From: Nitrosopumilus sp.
GTDB taxonomy: Archaea; Thermoproteota; Nitrososphaeria; Nitrososphaerales; Nitrosopumilaceae
Reading direction: 5' to 3'
Assembly: GCA_965214775.1 (NCBI GenBank)
Contig: OZ243974.1
Span: 1,376,001-1,440,000, forward strand
DNA: 64,000 nucleotides
Below are positions 41,861 through 52,557 of this stretch, one piece after another. Made by a program: the position numbers and the translations under genes. Position 1 is the first letter of the stretch. Each line of letters opens with the position of its first letter. Under the pieces are notes generated by a model. The model was given only the letters and a program-made list of their open reading frames with translations. It was not told the origin of the DNA and ran no database searches.

Positions 41861-43867
41861 GTGATGCAAGTTTTGCGCATGTGGAGTCTTACGATGTCTG
41901 CCGTCCTGATTGGGGTGCTTGTCACTGTTTCCCTTGCAGCTGCGCAAACCGGGGAGCCTGCAGATTCCATAGACGTTCGTGTCAAGCACCACGACTCACA
42001 GGCAGCACCCAAGCCGGTCATATCAGTCTCGGAGGCGAACAGCACGTCACACGACCCGCCGTCGTCCCTTGTGGTGCGAGTAGTACACATCAACGACACG
42101 GCCCAGATCCAAGACGTTCGATCACATTCAGAGGCGGCAGCCAGCACGGGTACCACGTCTTCCATGAGCGTCTCTATCGAGTCAGAACAGGTAACGCCGG
42201 AGCTGCATGTAAAGTTCATGCACGCGTCCTCCAACACCAAGCGTTACCTGGGCGTCGACTCGGAACTGCGGCCCGTACCCATAGTCGACACCGCCCACGC
42301 GTCCTCCAACACCAAGCGTTACCTGGGCGTCGACTCGGAACTGCGGCCCGTACCCATAGTCGACACCGCCCACGCGTCCTCCAGCACCAGAAACATCCTC
42401 AGCTACGAGCCCGTAATACTGGAGCAAAACAGGATCCCCGACAACACGCTGGAGATCGTCTATGACTATACGCTGGAACACAGCGAGCTGGTGATCAACA
42501 GTAACCGGACCCTGCTGGAGAAGATCATAGTAACAGAGCAGACCGACGAGCCGAGACTCAGCCTTGAGAACCTGCTGGATGCAGGCCAGGCCGGCGGCAA
42601 CAACACGGCCACATTTCCCAACGACCTTGAGATGGACGTCGTCTTTGAGGGCATAAGCGCCGACCTTCTCCTCAGAAACGACACCGAGATAACCGGACCG
42701 CCGGACTGGGACGGAACGGTAAACCTGCCGGTATTCACAGAGGTTCACGTGCCGGTGATATCGGGCTCTGACGGAGGCACGGGAGACGTAAGATCCACGC
42801 TGCACATGGGCCTGTACGACGACATGTTGACATTTGACAAACCCGTAAGCATAACGTTTGAGGAAAAGGCAGGACAGAACGTCTTATACCACCGGGGCGG
42901 AGGGGATGACGAGCCGGTACCAATAGACGAGACCTGCAGCCGCAACGATCACGAGTCCGTATCAGTCCAGCTTGACGGCGCCGGCGAATGCAAGATAGAC
43001 GCGGATGCGGATCTGGTTGTATGGACGTTCCACTTTACGGACTTCATCACGGTCGGCCCGCCGCCTCGGGATCTGATACTTTCGGATCCGCCTGCGGATC
43101 CTATTGGCGGCCCGCCAGGACCTCCGGGCATTCCGCCGGTTCCGATTGACCCGCGTGAGACCCTGCCGCCTGCGCCCGAGCTGCCGCGCGACCGCCAGAC
43201 GCCAAGGTTGTCCTCCGGCGGTGGCGGTGGTGGCGGCGGAGGTGGTGGCGGTCACCCGGCCTCCGGATCACTTGACGACATAAGCGTCGACCTGTACTCC
43301 GTATCATGGGACTGCAACGCCGGCACGGTCCGAATCATCGCAGGACCCGACGAGCCGGAGCTGGTCTCCGCACAGGTCAGAACAACAGCATACGGCATGC
43401 AGCAGGCGGCCATATTATCCGGCGAGATGCTGGAGGGACGTATCGTGTTCACATCCGGCATTGCAGCTGACGAGTCGTATATCGGCGTGCAGGTACACGC
43501 GATGTCGGGCCGGAGCATCCTCAGCGTATCGGAGGGAATAACCGTACAGGAATGCGTGGGCGAGGAAACGTTTTCCACATATCGCCAACCTGCTGATCCG
43601 ATCCCGCAGCATGACAGTATTCTTCATGTTCCCTCAGACAGCGGTGCAAGGGATGCGGATCCTGCCATGCCGCCGGCGTTCGTACCGGAACCAGTGGAGC
43701 CGGAACCCGTAGAGCCCGCAATGCCCGCAGATCCGGCAAAACCCGTGATATCAGCAGAGCCGGCATGGCCTACAAAAACCGCAATGCCGGCAGAGTCCGC
43801 AGAGCCAGAGGATCGTGGGCTCTTTGAGATGCTTGTGGACTTTGTCAGAAAGTTGCTTGGCTGGTGA
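41861..43867 (+). CDS. Exported acidic surface protein with Pro-rich and poly-Gly linkers
   Basis: Signal peptide, WTFHFTDF, G12 linker, C-terminal amphipathic FEMLVDFVRKLLGW tail. Confidence 0.78.
   Translation: MMQVLRMWSLTMSAVLIGVLVTVSLAAAQTGEPADSIDVRVKHHDSQAAPKPVISVSEANSTSHDPPSSLVVRVVHINDTAQIQDVRSHSEAAASTGTTSSMSVSIESEQVTPELHVKFMHASSNTKRYLGVDSELRPVPIVDTAHASSNTKRYLGVDSELRPVPIVDTAHASSSTRNILSYEPVILEQNRIPDNTLEIVYDYTLEHSELVINSNRTLLEKIIVTEQTDEPRLSLENLLDAGQAGGNNTATFPNDLEMDVVFEGISADLLLRNDTEITGPPDWDGTVNLPVFTEVHVPVISGSDGGTGDVRSTLHMGLYDDMLTFDKPVSITFEEKAGQNVLYHRGGGDDEPVPIDETCSRNDHESVSVQLDGAGECKIDADADLVVWTFHFTDFITVGPPPRDLILSDPPADPIGGPPGPPGIPPVPIDPRETLPPAPELPRDRQTPRLSSGGGGGGGGGGGGHPASGSLDDISVDLYSVSWDCNAGTVRIIAGPDEPELVSAQVRTTAYGMQQAAILSGEMLEGRIVFTSGIAADESYIGVQVHAMSGRSILSVSEGITVQECVGEETFSTYRQPADPIPQHDSILHVPSDSGARDADPAMPPAFVPEPVEPEPVEPAMPADPAKPVISAEPAWPTKTAMPAESAEPEDRGLFEMLVDFVRKLLGW
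42221..42389. repeat. 75-bp in-frame tandem repeat (HASSNTKRYLGVDSELRPVPIVDTA) x2.2
   Basis: Exact duplication read directly. Confidence 0.92.
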
Positions 43868-44251
43868 CTGCAAGACGGGTAACGCAGCCGTGGATTTCAT
43901 TGCATTGCAAAAATACTTTCGATCAGAGTTGACCCAAAATTAGCGAATTCTGAACCATCTGTGAACGAATCTGCGTAAAATATCTCAGAATATCGGCAAA
44001 ATACGTAAAAATTGTCCGTGAAATCGCTTGAAAAACTCGCATAGCTTCTAATTTCGGATCATCTCTATGGGCAGCATTTGGCATCCTCATATCCTGCAAA
44101 TGCCAGTGCGAATGTAATCTGATGCCCCCGCCAAGAATAACTATGAACAAAGTTCATACACCGACATTCCTACTTGACGGGGGCCGGAATGCCGATGATA
44201 CAAGCAGGCAGATATGGCATAATAAGAAAATGGACAAATGATCCATATAGC

Positions 44252-44258
44252 TTATAAA
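44252..44258 (+). promoter_or_regulatory. Probable archaeal TATA box of the S-layer gene
   Basis: TTATAAA about 30 bp upstream of ATG 44287. Confidence 0.5.
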
Positions 44259-44286
44259 CACAAATTTTGATTGGAAATTAATAACA

Positions 44287-47200
44287 ATGTTTAAAGAAAT
44301 AAGACGCAAAACAACTAGTTTAATATTGATGGCAATCATGGTTGCCGGCGGTATGACATTTGCAGTCCCTGGCATGATGCCGGCTGCATATGCTGCCAAC
44401 GATAACCTGATTGTCTCCGCAGAAAACTCACAGTTTGAGAACTATATGGCAGGTCCTCAGGTAATCGAGGTAGTCGTTAATGACCCTGGCTTACGTGATA
44501 CTGATGAAGGCAAGGGTGAGCCCACCGTTACCGTTAACGGCCAGGATCTGAGAATGGTTCAGGCCACTGACGGCCAATGGTATGGCTACTTTGCCGAGAA
44601 AACAATGGCAGATCGCGCAGATGATACCACAACAAATCCTGGCAAAGGACTTGACTTTGGCAGTATCTGTCCTGCAGGTGAATACGGCACCGTCTCATTT
44701 TCCGATGCTGACGGTGTTGCAATTAATACTGATAATGACTGTAATGCAACCCCCGATCCTAACACAAAAATCATGAACGTACTAAGAGAAACAACAGACA
44801 TCAATGAACATGTTGATGCTAATCCTGCTGGCCAAATTGGCCTTGATGCAAATTACTGGCCCATAATCCAGCTTTATGACTTCACAACAGGCGGCAACGT
44901 TGTTATACAGTACGAGAACCAGGCGACTACACTCACCTTTGACGCAGCCGACGACTATGCCGGCATCGAGCTGGACAGAACCATGTACCCACAGAGCTCA
45001 CAAGTCCACGCAACCGTTACTGACACTTGGCTGAACATCGATCCTACTGACGAGGACTCTTGGAGTTGGGATGCCAGCGCCGACTACGGAACTGTCGCAC
45101 ACTACCAGGTCTTTGACGAAAGTGGTAATGAGCCAGGCATCGAAAATGATACTATTGTTACTGGCAACGCTTTCGGCATGGAGGATCTGATGCAGGAGGA
45201 TGCAGTCTTTACACTGGATGTTAATACACAGGATCGTAAGATTGTTGTGGAGCTTCAAAAAAATACGAACGCTAATCGCACATCCATTGGTAGTATCGGT
45301 CAACTTCTAACGCTCACAGAACAGGGACCAAACAGTGGCGTATTTGGCACGTACGACGAATCCGACGAATCGATTCTCAAGATAACCGATGATGCCGCAA
45401 GACGCACATCGGCGACAATCGGCTATAACGATTCGCCAGTATCTGTCCTAGTAGAATTTGACTTTGCTACCATTGAAATCCAACCAGTCGATGACACATG
45501 GAACTCTGGTGAGAGCATTCCAATAGTCATTGAGGATGCAGATCAAAACAAGAACAGCAGAGTCGATGAGGCTATTGAAGTTAGCAATCCTGATTCGGTG
45601 ATTCCAACATTGACGATCGGTGATCCGTTCACAATAGGTAATTTCCCAGTGGAATATGACCCAGTGGATGATGTCGACAAAGGTACAATTACAACCAATA
45701 CTGTTGAGAACGACACTTGGAGTTATACTGTCGAACCATTCTCACAAAGAGCCATAATTGAGGCTAGCAGTCTATCAATCTCTGCGATTACTCTCAATGG
45801 TGGTGATGGAGTGACTATGGCTGATCTACAGAGTAGGCTGGTTCCTGTCTTTCAGGATCCAACCGACCCCGATGCAAAAGGCTATGGTTTCAACTTTGTC
45901 AACTATGATCTAAGGTCACTTGAAGTAGAAAACGTTCGAGTGACATTGATTGAGAATGATACTCCTACCAACATTCATACCGGTGGCGGTTCACAGGGCT
46001 ATGCGCTAATCGACGAAGAAGACGTGGACACCATCCTTGCAATGTCTGACGATTCGCCGATTGAACTTGAAATCGGCTTTGATCCTATTAGTACAACTGA
46101 TGGCACAGAATACCCAATCGTGGTTGACTTCTTCTCGTTCGGTTTCGAAGGTGACGGCGAACAAGCCTCTGAAAGGTTTGCAAACCAGATCATCAGAATC
46201 GAGGCCGAAGAGTCGGGTGACAATACCAGCACCTTTGAAGGTGAATTGGAATATGTCATGGTCAACCAGATCAACATACAAGAGCTTGATACATTTGCAG
46301 ACATCACTACGATCTCAGACGAACCAACATTTATCGTAATGGAGGATTATACTGACGAGGACGATGTACGAGTTACCTATAGCGACTTGGGTTCTGACGG
46401 CGTTGTCACTCCGGTATCAGACCAGGAGGCAGCTCCGAGCCACTCTGGCGTCGTATCACTGAATCAGGATTCCTACAAGATTGCTGATACTGTGGTAATT
46501 ACGCTTGAAGACGCGGATCTCAACGTGGACTCTGATCTCATTGACATCTTTACCGTTGTCAACAATGACACCTTTGATACATTTGACACAGTCGGTTCTG
46601 CCAACACTCAGGATTTGAGCTTTGGTGAACTAGGCAGGATGTTGGATGTCACGTTTGATGACGTACCCTGGATAGATACTGGTGACGAGTGTGATGCCTC
46701 ATACGATGACGGTCTTGGAGCTACCGGCTTCTCATTGATAGAGACCGGTACGGCAACAGGAGTGTTTGTTGGCGATTTCCAAATCCCAATGGACTGGTGC
46801 CGAGCTGATGACGTTGATCCAGAGACTACAACCGGACTTGATATCGAGGTCAACTATGTTGACTTTCGTGACGCATCCGGTGAAATCATCGAGGTAGGCG
46901 ATTCGGCAGGCGTAAGAGCCAACACTGGTTCGGTCAGCCTGGACAGAACAGTCTATCCGGTACCATTTGGTGCACCTGATGACTTTACAGAAGAACAAAA
47001 CCATCAGGGACCTGAAGGTAGATCGGTATTTCCGGTTCACTTTTCAGCCGATGGCTTTGGTGCCACTGAGAGTGTAGCTGAAAGAGCTCCCTACTTCCTG
47101 CAAAATGGCGACCTGACGATCCACGTCAGAATCAACGACCCGGACTTTGACATAAATCCGGCCGGTGAGGACGAAATCGCACAAAATGTAGAAGATAAAG

Positions 47201-49149
47201 AACTCGGTCCAGTCAAAATCTCTGTATCGAGAGGCTCCAGCAGCGTCATCCTCGGCTATGCCGGTGGTGAAGTAGATAACCCTGATGGTCTCATCCATGT
47301 GGGAGAAGAAAGTGAAGTCGATGAGGCTACTGTCAGACAATTTGGTGCAATTTCTGAAATTGCACCAGACGCAGGTATTTACGAGTTAGACTTGCCTCTA
47401 AGATACACTGACGGTCCTGCAGATAGTCAATGTCCAAACCACTCTGTTTACGGCGACGATCCTACAGTTAGCAATCCAGCACACAGATTCGCTGTCCCTG
47501 ATGGCTACAATGGCGAGGACTTTTGTATCCTGCAAGGAGATATTCTCCAGGTAGAATACACAGACCCGACTGATGCATCAGGCGATCAAAACACTGTGAC
47601 TGATTCTGCAACCTTTGACCTGAGAAATGGCGTATTGCAATCCGACAAATCCGTCTACATTATCGGTTCAGACATGATCTTGACACTCATTGAACCAGAC
47701 TTGGATCTGGACAATGATGCTGCTGAGACCTATGACCTGGATCTGATTGAATGGGACTCTGATGCGTCAACAACCACCATGGGCGACCTTGGCGGTGAGA
47801 TAAATGCAGCAGCGTTTGACCCAGAACCAACAGCCTTTAGAGAAACAGGTGACAGCACTGGTATCTTCCAGGTTGTCATCGAGGTTCCTCAAGAGCTTGA
47901 TGGTGACAGCCTAGAAAGAGGAGAAGAGATTGCTCTCGAGTATACTGACTGGGGCCCATCCGGATCTGATTATGTAGGTGACGAAGACGAAGACGTCCAG
48001 TTGACTGTCTATACTTCAAACTTCGGTGCAACAATAGAGCTTGATCAAAAAATCTACACGTGGACTGACAAGGTATACATTACAATCGTAGCCCCAGACC
48101 ACAACTTTGACGGCGACTTGGTTGACGAAATCGGTGACACTGACGTAGACGCGATAAGGATCTCAACCAGAGACAATGAACTCGAACCATACAAGCTAGT
48201 CGAGACCGGAACTGACACAGGCATCTTTACTGGTGAGGTTATCCTTACTGGTTTCACATACAATGCTGATGGCGATTCCGATACCGGCGATGAGGACGGC
48301 ATTGATGTAGATCCAATTGAATCCTCTGGCAACGGTCCAACTGATGGAAAGTTGTCAGCCAAGGACGATGACGGACTTTCTGTCTCCTTTGAATTCTCAG
48401 AGGACGAGACTGTAGTTGCGTCAGCACTCATCAGATGGAACATCGGTGAAGTCCAATGGTTAGAGGCAAGCTATCCGGCTAGCGGAACAGGTGTTGTAAG
48501 AATAATTGATCCAGACATGAACCTAGATCCAGAAGCAGTCGACAACTTCAATGTCGATGTGTGGTCTGACTCCGATTCAGGAGGTATTGGTCTTACCGTA
48601 ACTGAGACAAACGAGGCAACCGGAATCTTCGAAGGCACCGTATTCTTTACGGTTACCGACGTATCATCCGGCCACAGACTCAGAGTCGCAGAAGGTGACA
48701 CAGTCACCGCAAGTTACGATGATTATACACTGCCTGAACCATACGACACTGGAGACAGTATTGATGTCAAGGCCACTTCGCTAATCGGCACTGTCGTACC
48801 ACCCCTCGAGAGAGCACCAGTTGCTAACTTGAAGACAGTTGACTCATTTGGAAACACGTTAGACTCTGTTTCCGTTGATCAACAGGTACAGATCAGCGCC
48901 GACTTGGCAAATGGCCAGGACAAGGAGCAGCTATTTGCATACCTGGTACAGATTCAGGATGCAAACGGCGTCACAGTCTCACTGTCATGGATTGATGGTG
49001 AACTGACTCCAGGTCAGTCATTCAGCCCGGCCGTGTCATGGATTCCAGCTGATTCAGGAGCATACACTGCTACTGCATTTGTCTGGGAGTCCGTTAACAA
49101 TCCTACGGCACTATCACCACCGCTAAGTACGACCATCAACGTAAGCTAA
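44287..49149 (+). CDS. slaA: Thaumarchaeal S-layer protein (SlaA-type)
   Basis: N-terminus RKTTSLILMAIMVAGG...VSAENSQFENYMAGPQVIEVVV, repeated ETGxxTGIF Ig-like domains, very acidic, C-terminal FVWESVNNPTALS; matches my recollection of Nitrosopumilus S-layer proteins. Confidence 0.9.
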   Translation: MFKEIRRKTTSLILMAIMVAGGMTFAVPGMMPAAYAANDNLIVSAENSQFENYMAGPQVIEVVVNDPGLRDTDEGKGEPTVTVNGQDLRMVQATDGQWYGYFAEKTMADRADDTTTNPGKGLDFGSICPAGEYGTVSFSDADGVAINTDNDCNATPDPNTKIMNVLRETTDINEHVDANPAGQIGLDANYWPIIQLYDFTTGGNVVIQYENQATTLTFDAADDYAGIELDRTMYPQSSQVHATVTDTWLNIDPTDEDSWSWDASADYGTVAHYQVFDESGNEPGIENDTIVTGNAFGMEDLMQEDAVFTLDVNTQDRKIVVELQKNTNANRTSIGSIGQLLTLTEQGPNSGVFGTYDESDESILKITDDAARRTSATIGYNDSPVSVLVEFDFATIEIQPVDDTWNSGESIPIVIEDADQNKNSRVDEAIEVSNPDSVIPTLTIGDPFTIGNFPVEYDPVDDVDKGTITTNTVENDTWSYTVEPFSQRAIIEASSLSISAITLNGGDGVTMADLQSRLVPVFQDPTDPDAKGYGFNFVNYDLRSLEVENVRVTLIENDTPTNIHTGGGSQGYALIDEEDVDTILAMSDDSPIELEIGFDPISTTDGTEYPIVVDFFSFGFEGDGEQASERFANQIIRIEAEESGDNTSTFEGELEYVMVNQINIQELDTFADITTISDEPTFIVMEDYTDEDDVRVTYSDLGSDGVVTPVSDQEAAPSHSGVVSLNQDSYKIADTVVITLEDADLNVDSDLIDIFTVVNNDTFDTFDTVGSANTQDLSFGELGRMLDVTFDDVPWIDTGDECDASYDDGLGATGFSLIETGTATGVFVGDFQIPMDWCRADDVDPETTTGLDIEVNYVDFRDASGEIIEVGDSAGVRANTGSVSLDRTVYPVPFGAPDDFTEEQNHQGPEGRSVFPVHFSADGFGATESVAERAPYFLQNGDLTIHVRINDPDFDINPAGEDEIAQNVEDKELGPVKISVSRGSSSVILGYAGGEVDNPDGLIHVGEESEVDEATVRQFGAISEIAPDAGIYELDLPLRYTDGPADSQCPNHSVYGDDPTVSNPAHRFAVPDGYNGEDFCILQGDILQVEYTDPTDASGDQNTVTDSATFDLRNGVLQSDKSVYIIGSDMILTLIEPDLDLDNDAAETYDLDLIEWDSDASTTTMGDLGGEINAAAFDPEPTAFRETGDSTGIFQVVIEVPQELDGDSLERGEEIALEYTDWGPSGSDYVGDEDEDVQLTVYTSNFGATIELDQKIYTWTDKVYITIVAPDHNFDGDLVDEIGDTDVDAIRISTRDNELEPYKLVETGTDTGIFTGEVILTGFTYNADGDSDTGDEDGIDVDPIESSGNGPTDGKLSAKDDDGLSVSFEFSEDETVVASALIRWNIGEVQWLEASYPASGTGVVRIIDPDMNLDPEAVDNFNVDVWSDSDSGGIGLTVTETNEATGIFEGTVFFTVTDVSSGHRLRVAEGDTVTASYDDYTLPEPYDTGDSIDVKATSLIGTVVPPLERAPVANLKTVDSFGNTLDSVSVDQQVQISADLANGQDKEQLFAYLVQIQDANGVTVSLSWIDGELTPGQSFSPAVSWIPADSGAYTATAFVWESVNNPTALSPPLSTTINVS

Positions 49150-49172
49150 AACAAACAAACTAGTTCAAACTA

Positions 49173-49189
49173 CCCCTTTTCTTTTTTTT
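49173..49189 (+). terminator. Oligo-T archaeal terminator after the S-layer gene
   Basis: cccctttttctttttttt pyrimidine/T tract ~25 bp after the stop codon. Confidence 0.6.
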
Positions 49190-49225
49190 GACTGAAAAAA
49201 TACAAGACCTTCCTGTAGACGAAAT

Positions 49226-50269
49226 TCTATCATATGAAAATTCGATCCGCCTAAGACAAGGCGTATGATATCTGAATGTTTCAGGCCGTATCAATCAGAT
49301 AAAGACGTGACAAAAAAGATGTCGGACAAAGATCAAGTATGTCATCCGTGTATATGGCCGGAAAGAGCGCCACGGCACTGGTGTAACATGAAGGTAACGC
49401 CACGGCACGTGAGGATTTACGCCAGATACCACCGAATCAAAATGACGTATGTGCCTCAAAAGGCGGGAAGAAAAACAGCATCGCAGTAGCCCGCAGCAGG
49501 CCAGGTACATGCAGTCCTCTACATGCGCTCTGCAGAACACGTAGGCATGATGCGCACGACCATACACCTGCAGGATGCAGGTCACATTATAAGCTACAAC
49601 AGCGCATATCAGATAATGAAGGAGCAGAAACTCGTTACTCCATCAGATGCAAAGTCGGACCAAAAAAAGTGGCTGCGCTATGAGCGCAAGTACTCCAACA
49701 CAATATGGCACGTGGACTGGCACACCGTGAAGGATCCACGCCTGAGAGGGCTCAATCCAGTCACGTTTTTGGGCGATTCCTCCCGGTGTATCATGGCCGC
49801 ACAAACGTTTGCCTGGACCACATCAGAAAACGTGGTGATAACACCCTGCAATATCATAGACAGGTTTGGCACGCCTGCCCACATACTGTCTGAGAACGGC
49901 AGGTGTTTTAATGGCGGCCGCAGCAAGAAGAACATGCCACGCAGAACGTGGAGGCCGACTCCATTTGAGGCCGAGCTACTCGACTGTAAAATCAGGCCGA
50001 TAAACTCCGGGCCGTATCATCTGGAGACCAACGGTAATCTGGAACAATTGCACGGCAGCATGGAGGCTGAAATCGGCCACTATGAGAGCATGAATGCACA
50101 CATAAAGTATTATGATAAACGCAGACCGGCACTTTGGACTGGATATACCCTGCTGCCAGACGCCCATCATGGCATTCTCAGACAAGACGGCCACAGAAAC
50201 AACAGGAAAAAGACCAAAAATGAACGGAGGAACACCAATGAATAGCGAACCTGATTTCCATGCAACACA
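49226..50269 (+). pseudogene. Degraded IS481-family element
   Basis: WLRYERKYSN...WHVDWH...DSSR...ETNGNLE with substitutions and frameshifts; homologous to 63240-63992. Confidence 0.85.
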
Positions 50270-50909
50270 ACAAGAAATAAAAACAAAAAAAGATACAAAG
50301 TCAAGCAGTGAAAAACAGAACGAATCCTCCAAAAAATACTATTACGATCATGCAGATGAAATAAACGAGAAGAAAAGAAAAAAATACTGGGAGAACGTCG
50401 ACGAGGCGCGGGAATATCTCCGAAAAAACTACCAAAAAAACAAGGAAAAATTAAAGGCGCGCTCCAGAAAGCACTATCACGATCACGCAGATGAAATAAA
50501 AGAGAAGAAAAGAAAAAAATACTGGGAGAACGTCGACGAGGAGCGGGCAGCCGCGCGAGAAAGGCACTCAAAAAACTACCAAAAAAACAAGGAAAAATTA
50601 AAGGCGCGCTCCAAAAAGCACTATCACGATCACGCAGATGAAATAAAAGAGAAGAAAAGAACGCTGAAACTAAAAGAGTTCCGGATAAGGTGCCACTTTT
50701 GCAAGAAGGAATTCTTCTCAAAAAGAAACCAGTTTGACAAAATAGTAAAAAAGAGGCCGTTCTGCCAGAGCTGCAAGAAAAACACGCCTCCCAACGTTCC
50801 AAGATTATACTGCAAACGGTGCAAGAGAAACATCTTCTCAAAGTATGAGAATCCCAGATGCTACAAGTGTGGGAGACATTCCCAACTGGTTCCATTCGCA
50901 TCAGACTAG
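50238..50909 (+). CDS. Lys-rich repeat protein with four C-terminal CxxC pairs
   Basis: HYHDHADEIKEKKRKKYWENVDE repeats x3; CHFC/CQSC/CKRC/CYKC; N-terminus overlaps the IS end. Confidence 0.65.
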   Translation: MNSEPDFHATQQEIKTKKDTKSSSEKQNESSKKYYYDHADEINEKKRKKYWENVDEAREYLRKNYQKNKEKLKARSRKHYHDHADEIKEKKRKKYWENVDEERAAARERHSKNYQKNKEKLKARSKKHYHDHADEIKEKKRTLKLKEFRIRCHFCKKEFFSKRNQFDKIVKKRPFCQSCKKNTPPNVPRLYCKRCKRNIFSKYENPRCYKCGRHSQLVPFASD

Positions 50910-51022
50910 CTCAGGTACGGTATGATGATGGTAGAATAGAACTTGGATTTGTCTCAGACCACAGCAGAAAGGGTGAACCTTGTATAGCAAACAACTTAAG
51001 GCGCAAAGATGCCCAAAGTGCC

Positions 51023-51787
51023 ATGGAGCACATCAACGGTGGCACCGACACCGGCGGGGGAGGGAGGCCTGTCAGCAGGGTCTGGGCGTGTGTGTTCTCA
51101 GTCACCATATTTGCGGTGTTGTGGACCGGCAAGATGAAAAAGACGAGAAGATGGGCGGCACTCTTTGTGGTGCTTGTACTGGCCTTCTCGGCAGACGAGA
51201 TGCTCTACCCGCTTGACGGTTCCACGACCTGGTGGGATCTGGTGGGGTATGATGTCCCAAACCCACAAATCGAGGATCTCGTAGGTACGGCAATGCAGAG
51301 CGGCGCTCCAGATACTACTGATGCCATCGCAGACGGCACGGTACGCGCCGCATCCGTGGTGCTGACGCTGCTGTGGGACTGGGTTGTGCCCGTCGGCCCC
51401 GTGTTTGCCATGATATACTGCGTGTTCAGGTGGACTACCAAGTACAACCTTGAGAACTTTGGATGCAGGTCAAAGAGGGAATGGAAGCGCAGGGATCCGG
51501 CGCAGAGAAACGTTGAGGAAGAGGTGGCCGATGCAGGCCGGAGGGTGGCGGCGGGCTTTGGGAATCTCGGCAAAAGGGCTGCAGGGAGGGTGCCGTCCGG
51601 GAAGATAAGGGGCTACGGCGCGTCTGCAGCAGACAAGGCGACATGGCTCTCAGAGAAGATGCGAGAACCAAACCACGACAGGGCAATAAGGGAGATCGAG
51701 AAATACCACGACCTGATGTTGCGTGGAATAATCTCAAGATCCGACTTTGAAATGAAAAAGGACGCGCTGCTGGGCCTCGAAAAGTAG
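51023..51787 (+). CDS. Membrane protein with C-terminal SHOCT domain
   Basis: TM helices; IEKYHDLMLRGIISRSDFEMKKDALL. Confidence 0.75.
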   Translation: MEHINGGTDTGGGGRPVSRVWACVFSVTIFAVLWTGKMKKTRRWAALFVVLVLAFSADEMLYPLDGSTTWWDLVGYDVPNPQIEDLVGTAMQSGAPDTTDAIADGTVRAASVVLTLLWDWVVPVGPVFAMIYCVFRWTTKYNLENFGCRSKREWKRRDPAQRNVEEEVADAGRRVAAGFGNLGKRAAGRVPSGKIRGYGASAADKATWLSEKMREPNHDRAIREIEKYHDLMLRGIISRSDFEMKKDALLGLEK

Positions 51788-52008
51788 CCGGCCACGATCC
51801 TAAAAACTGTCATTTGACAAGCATCATCCTTATTGACACTGCATCCTGTTTCAGGATGCCTGCATTTGGGACAATAATTGGATATTTATCTAACCATTAC
51901 CAAGTTATGGGATGATGGTAAGAAATCACGTCAAAAGATCACATGAGGCAGTGTGCCCAAGGTGCAAGTATGTCCAGAACACAATGATGGAATCCGGGCG
52001 TGTCATAC

Positions 52009-52453
52009 AATGAGGAATTTCGTATTTAATCGTGATGAAACTAGGCTGTTGATTTTATCTAGATTGTATCAAAAATACTACTCTGGATGTACATTCACAT
52101 ATCTACAAACGGCAGCAATTTTTTCTGATCTCCTAGAACAACAACCTGATGCATTGACTGGAGATTTAGTATATCTTGAACAAAAAAAGATGATTGAGGT
52201 TTTGCGAGGACTTAACGAGCGATTGCCAAACTCAGTAATGATTACCGCTCATGGGATTGACAGATATGAGACGTCTATGCAAAAGGCATATGAAAAGATT
52301 CTTAATTCTAAATCTAGCATTCCAGAAGACATCGAATCTGATCTTAAGGCTAGAGTATGGGATAAAGCAGTTGAATGGTTTGAAAATCCTCCTGACTTTG
52401 TAAGACCTTTCGCTAAGTTCTTTGTAGATGCATTACAGTCTTCCCAGATGTAA
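52009..52453 (+). CDS. Hypothetical wHTH-like protein; 3' end altered by a MITE
   Basis: LVYLEQKKMI...ITAHGID; MITE inserted at 52436. Confidence 0.6.
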
Positions 52454-52557
52454 TCCGGCCCATGGCTGTGCAGATGTTGATGTACAGATCTGCAGGCAGC
52501 CTAATCTGAATTGTGTCAAATTTGGAACCGTTTTACGAGGATCTTCTGGGAAGACTG
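52436..52557. mobile_element. MITE, TIR CAGTCTTCCCAGA, 5-bp TSD CATTA
   Basis: TIR and TSD read directly; same terminus as the ISH3-like element end at 62797-62810. Confidence 0.88.
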
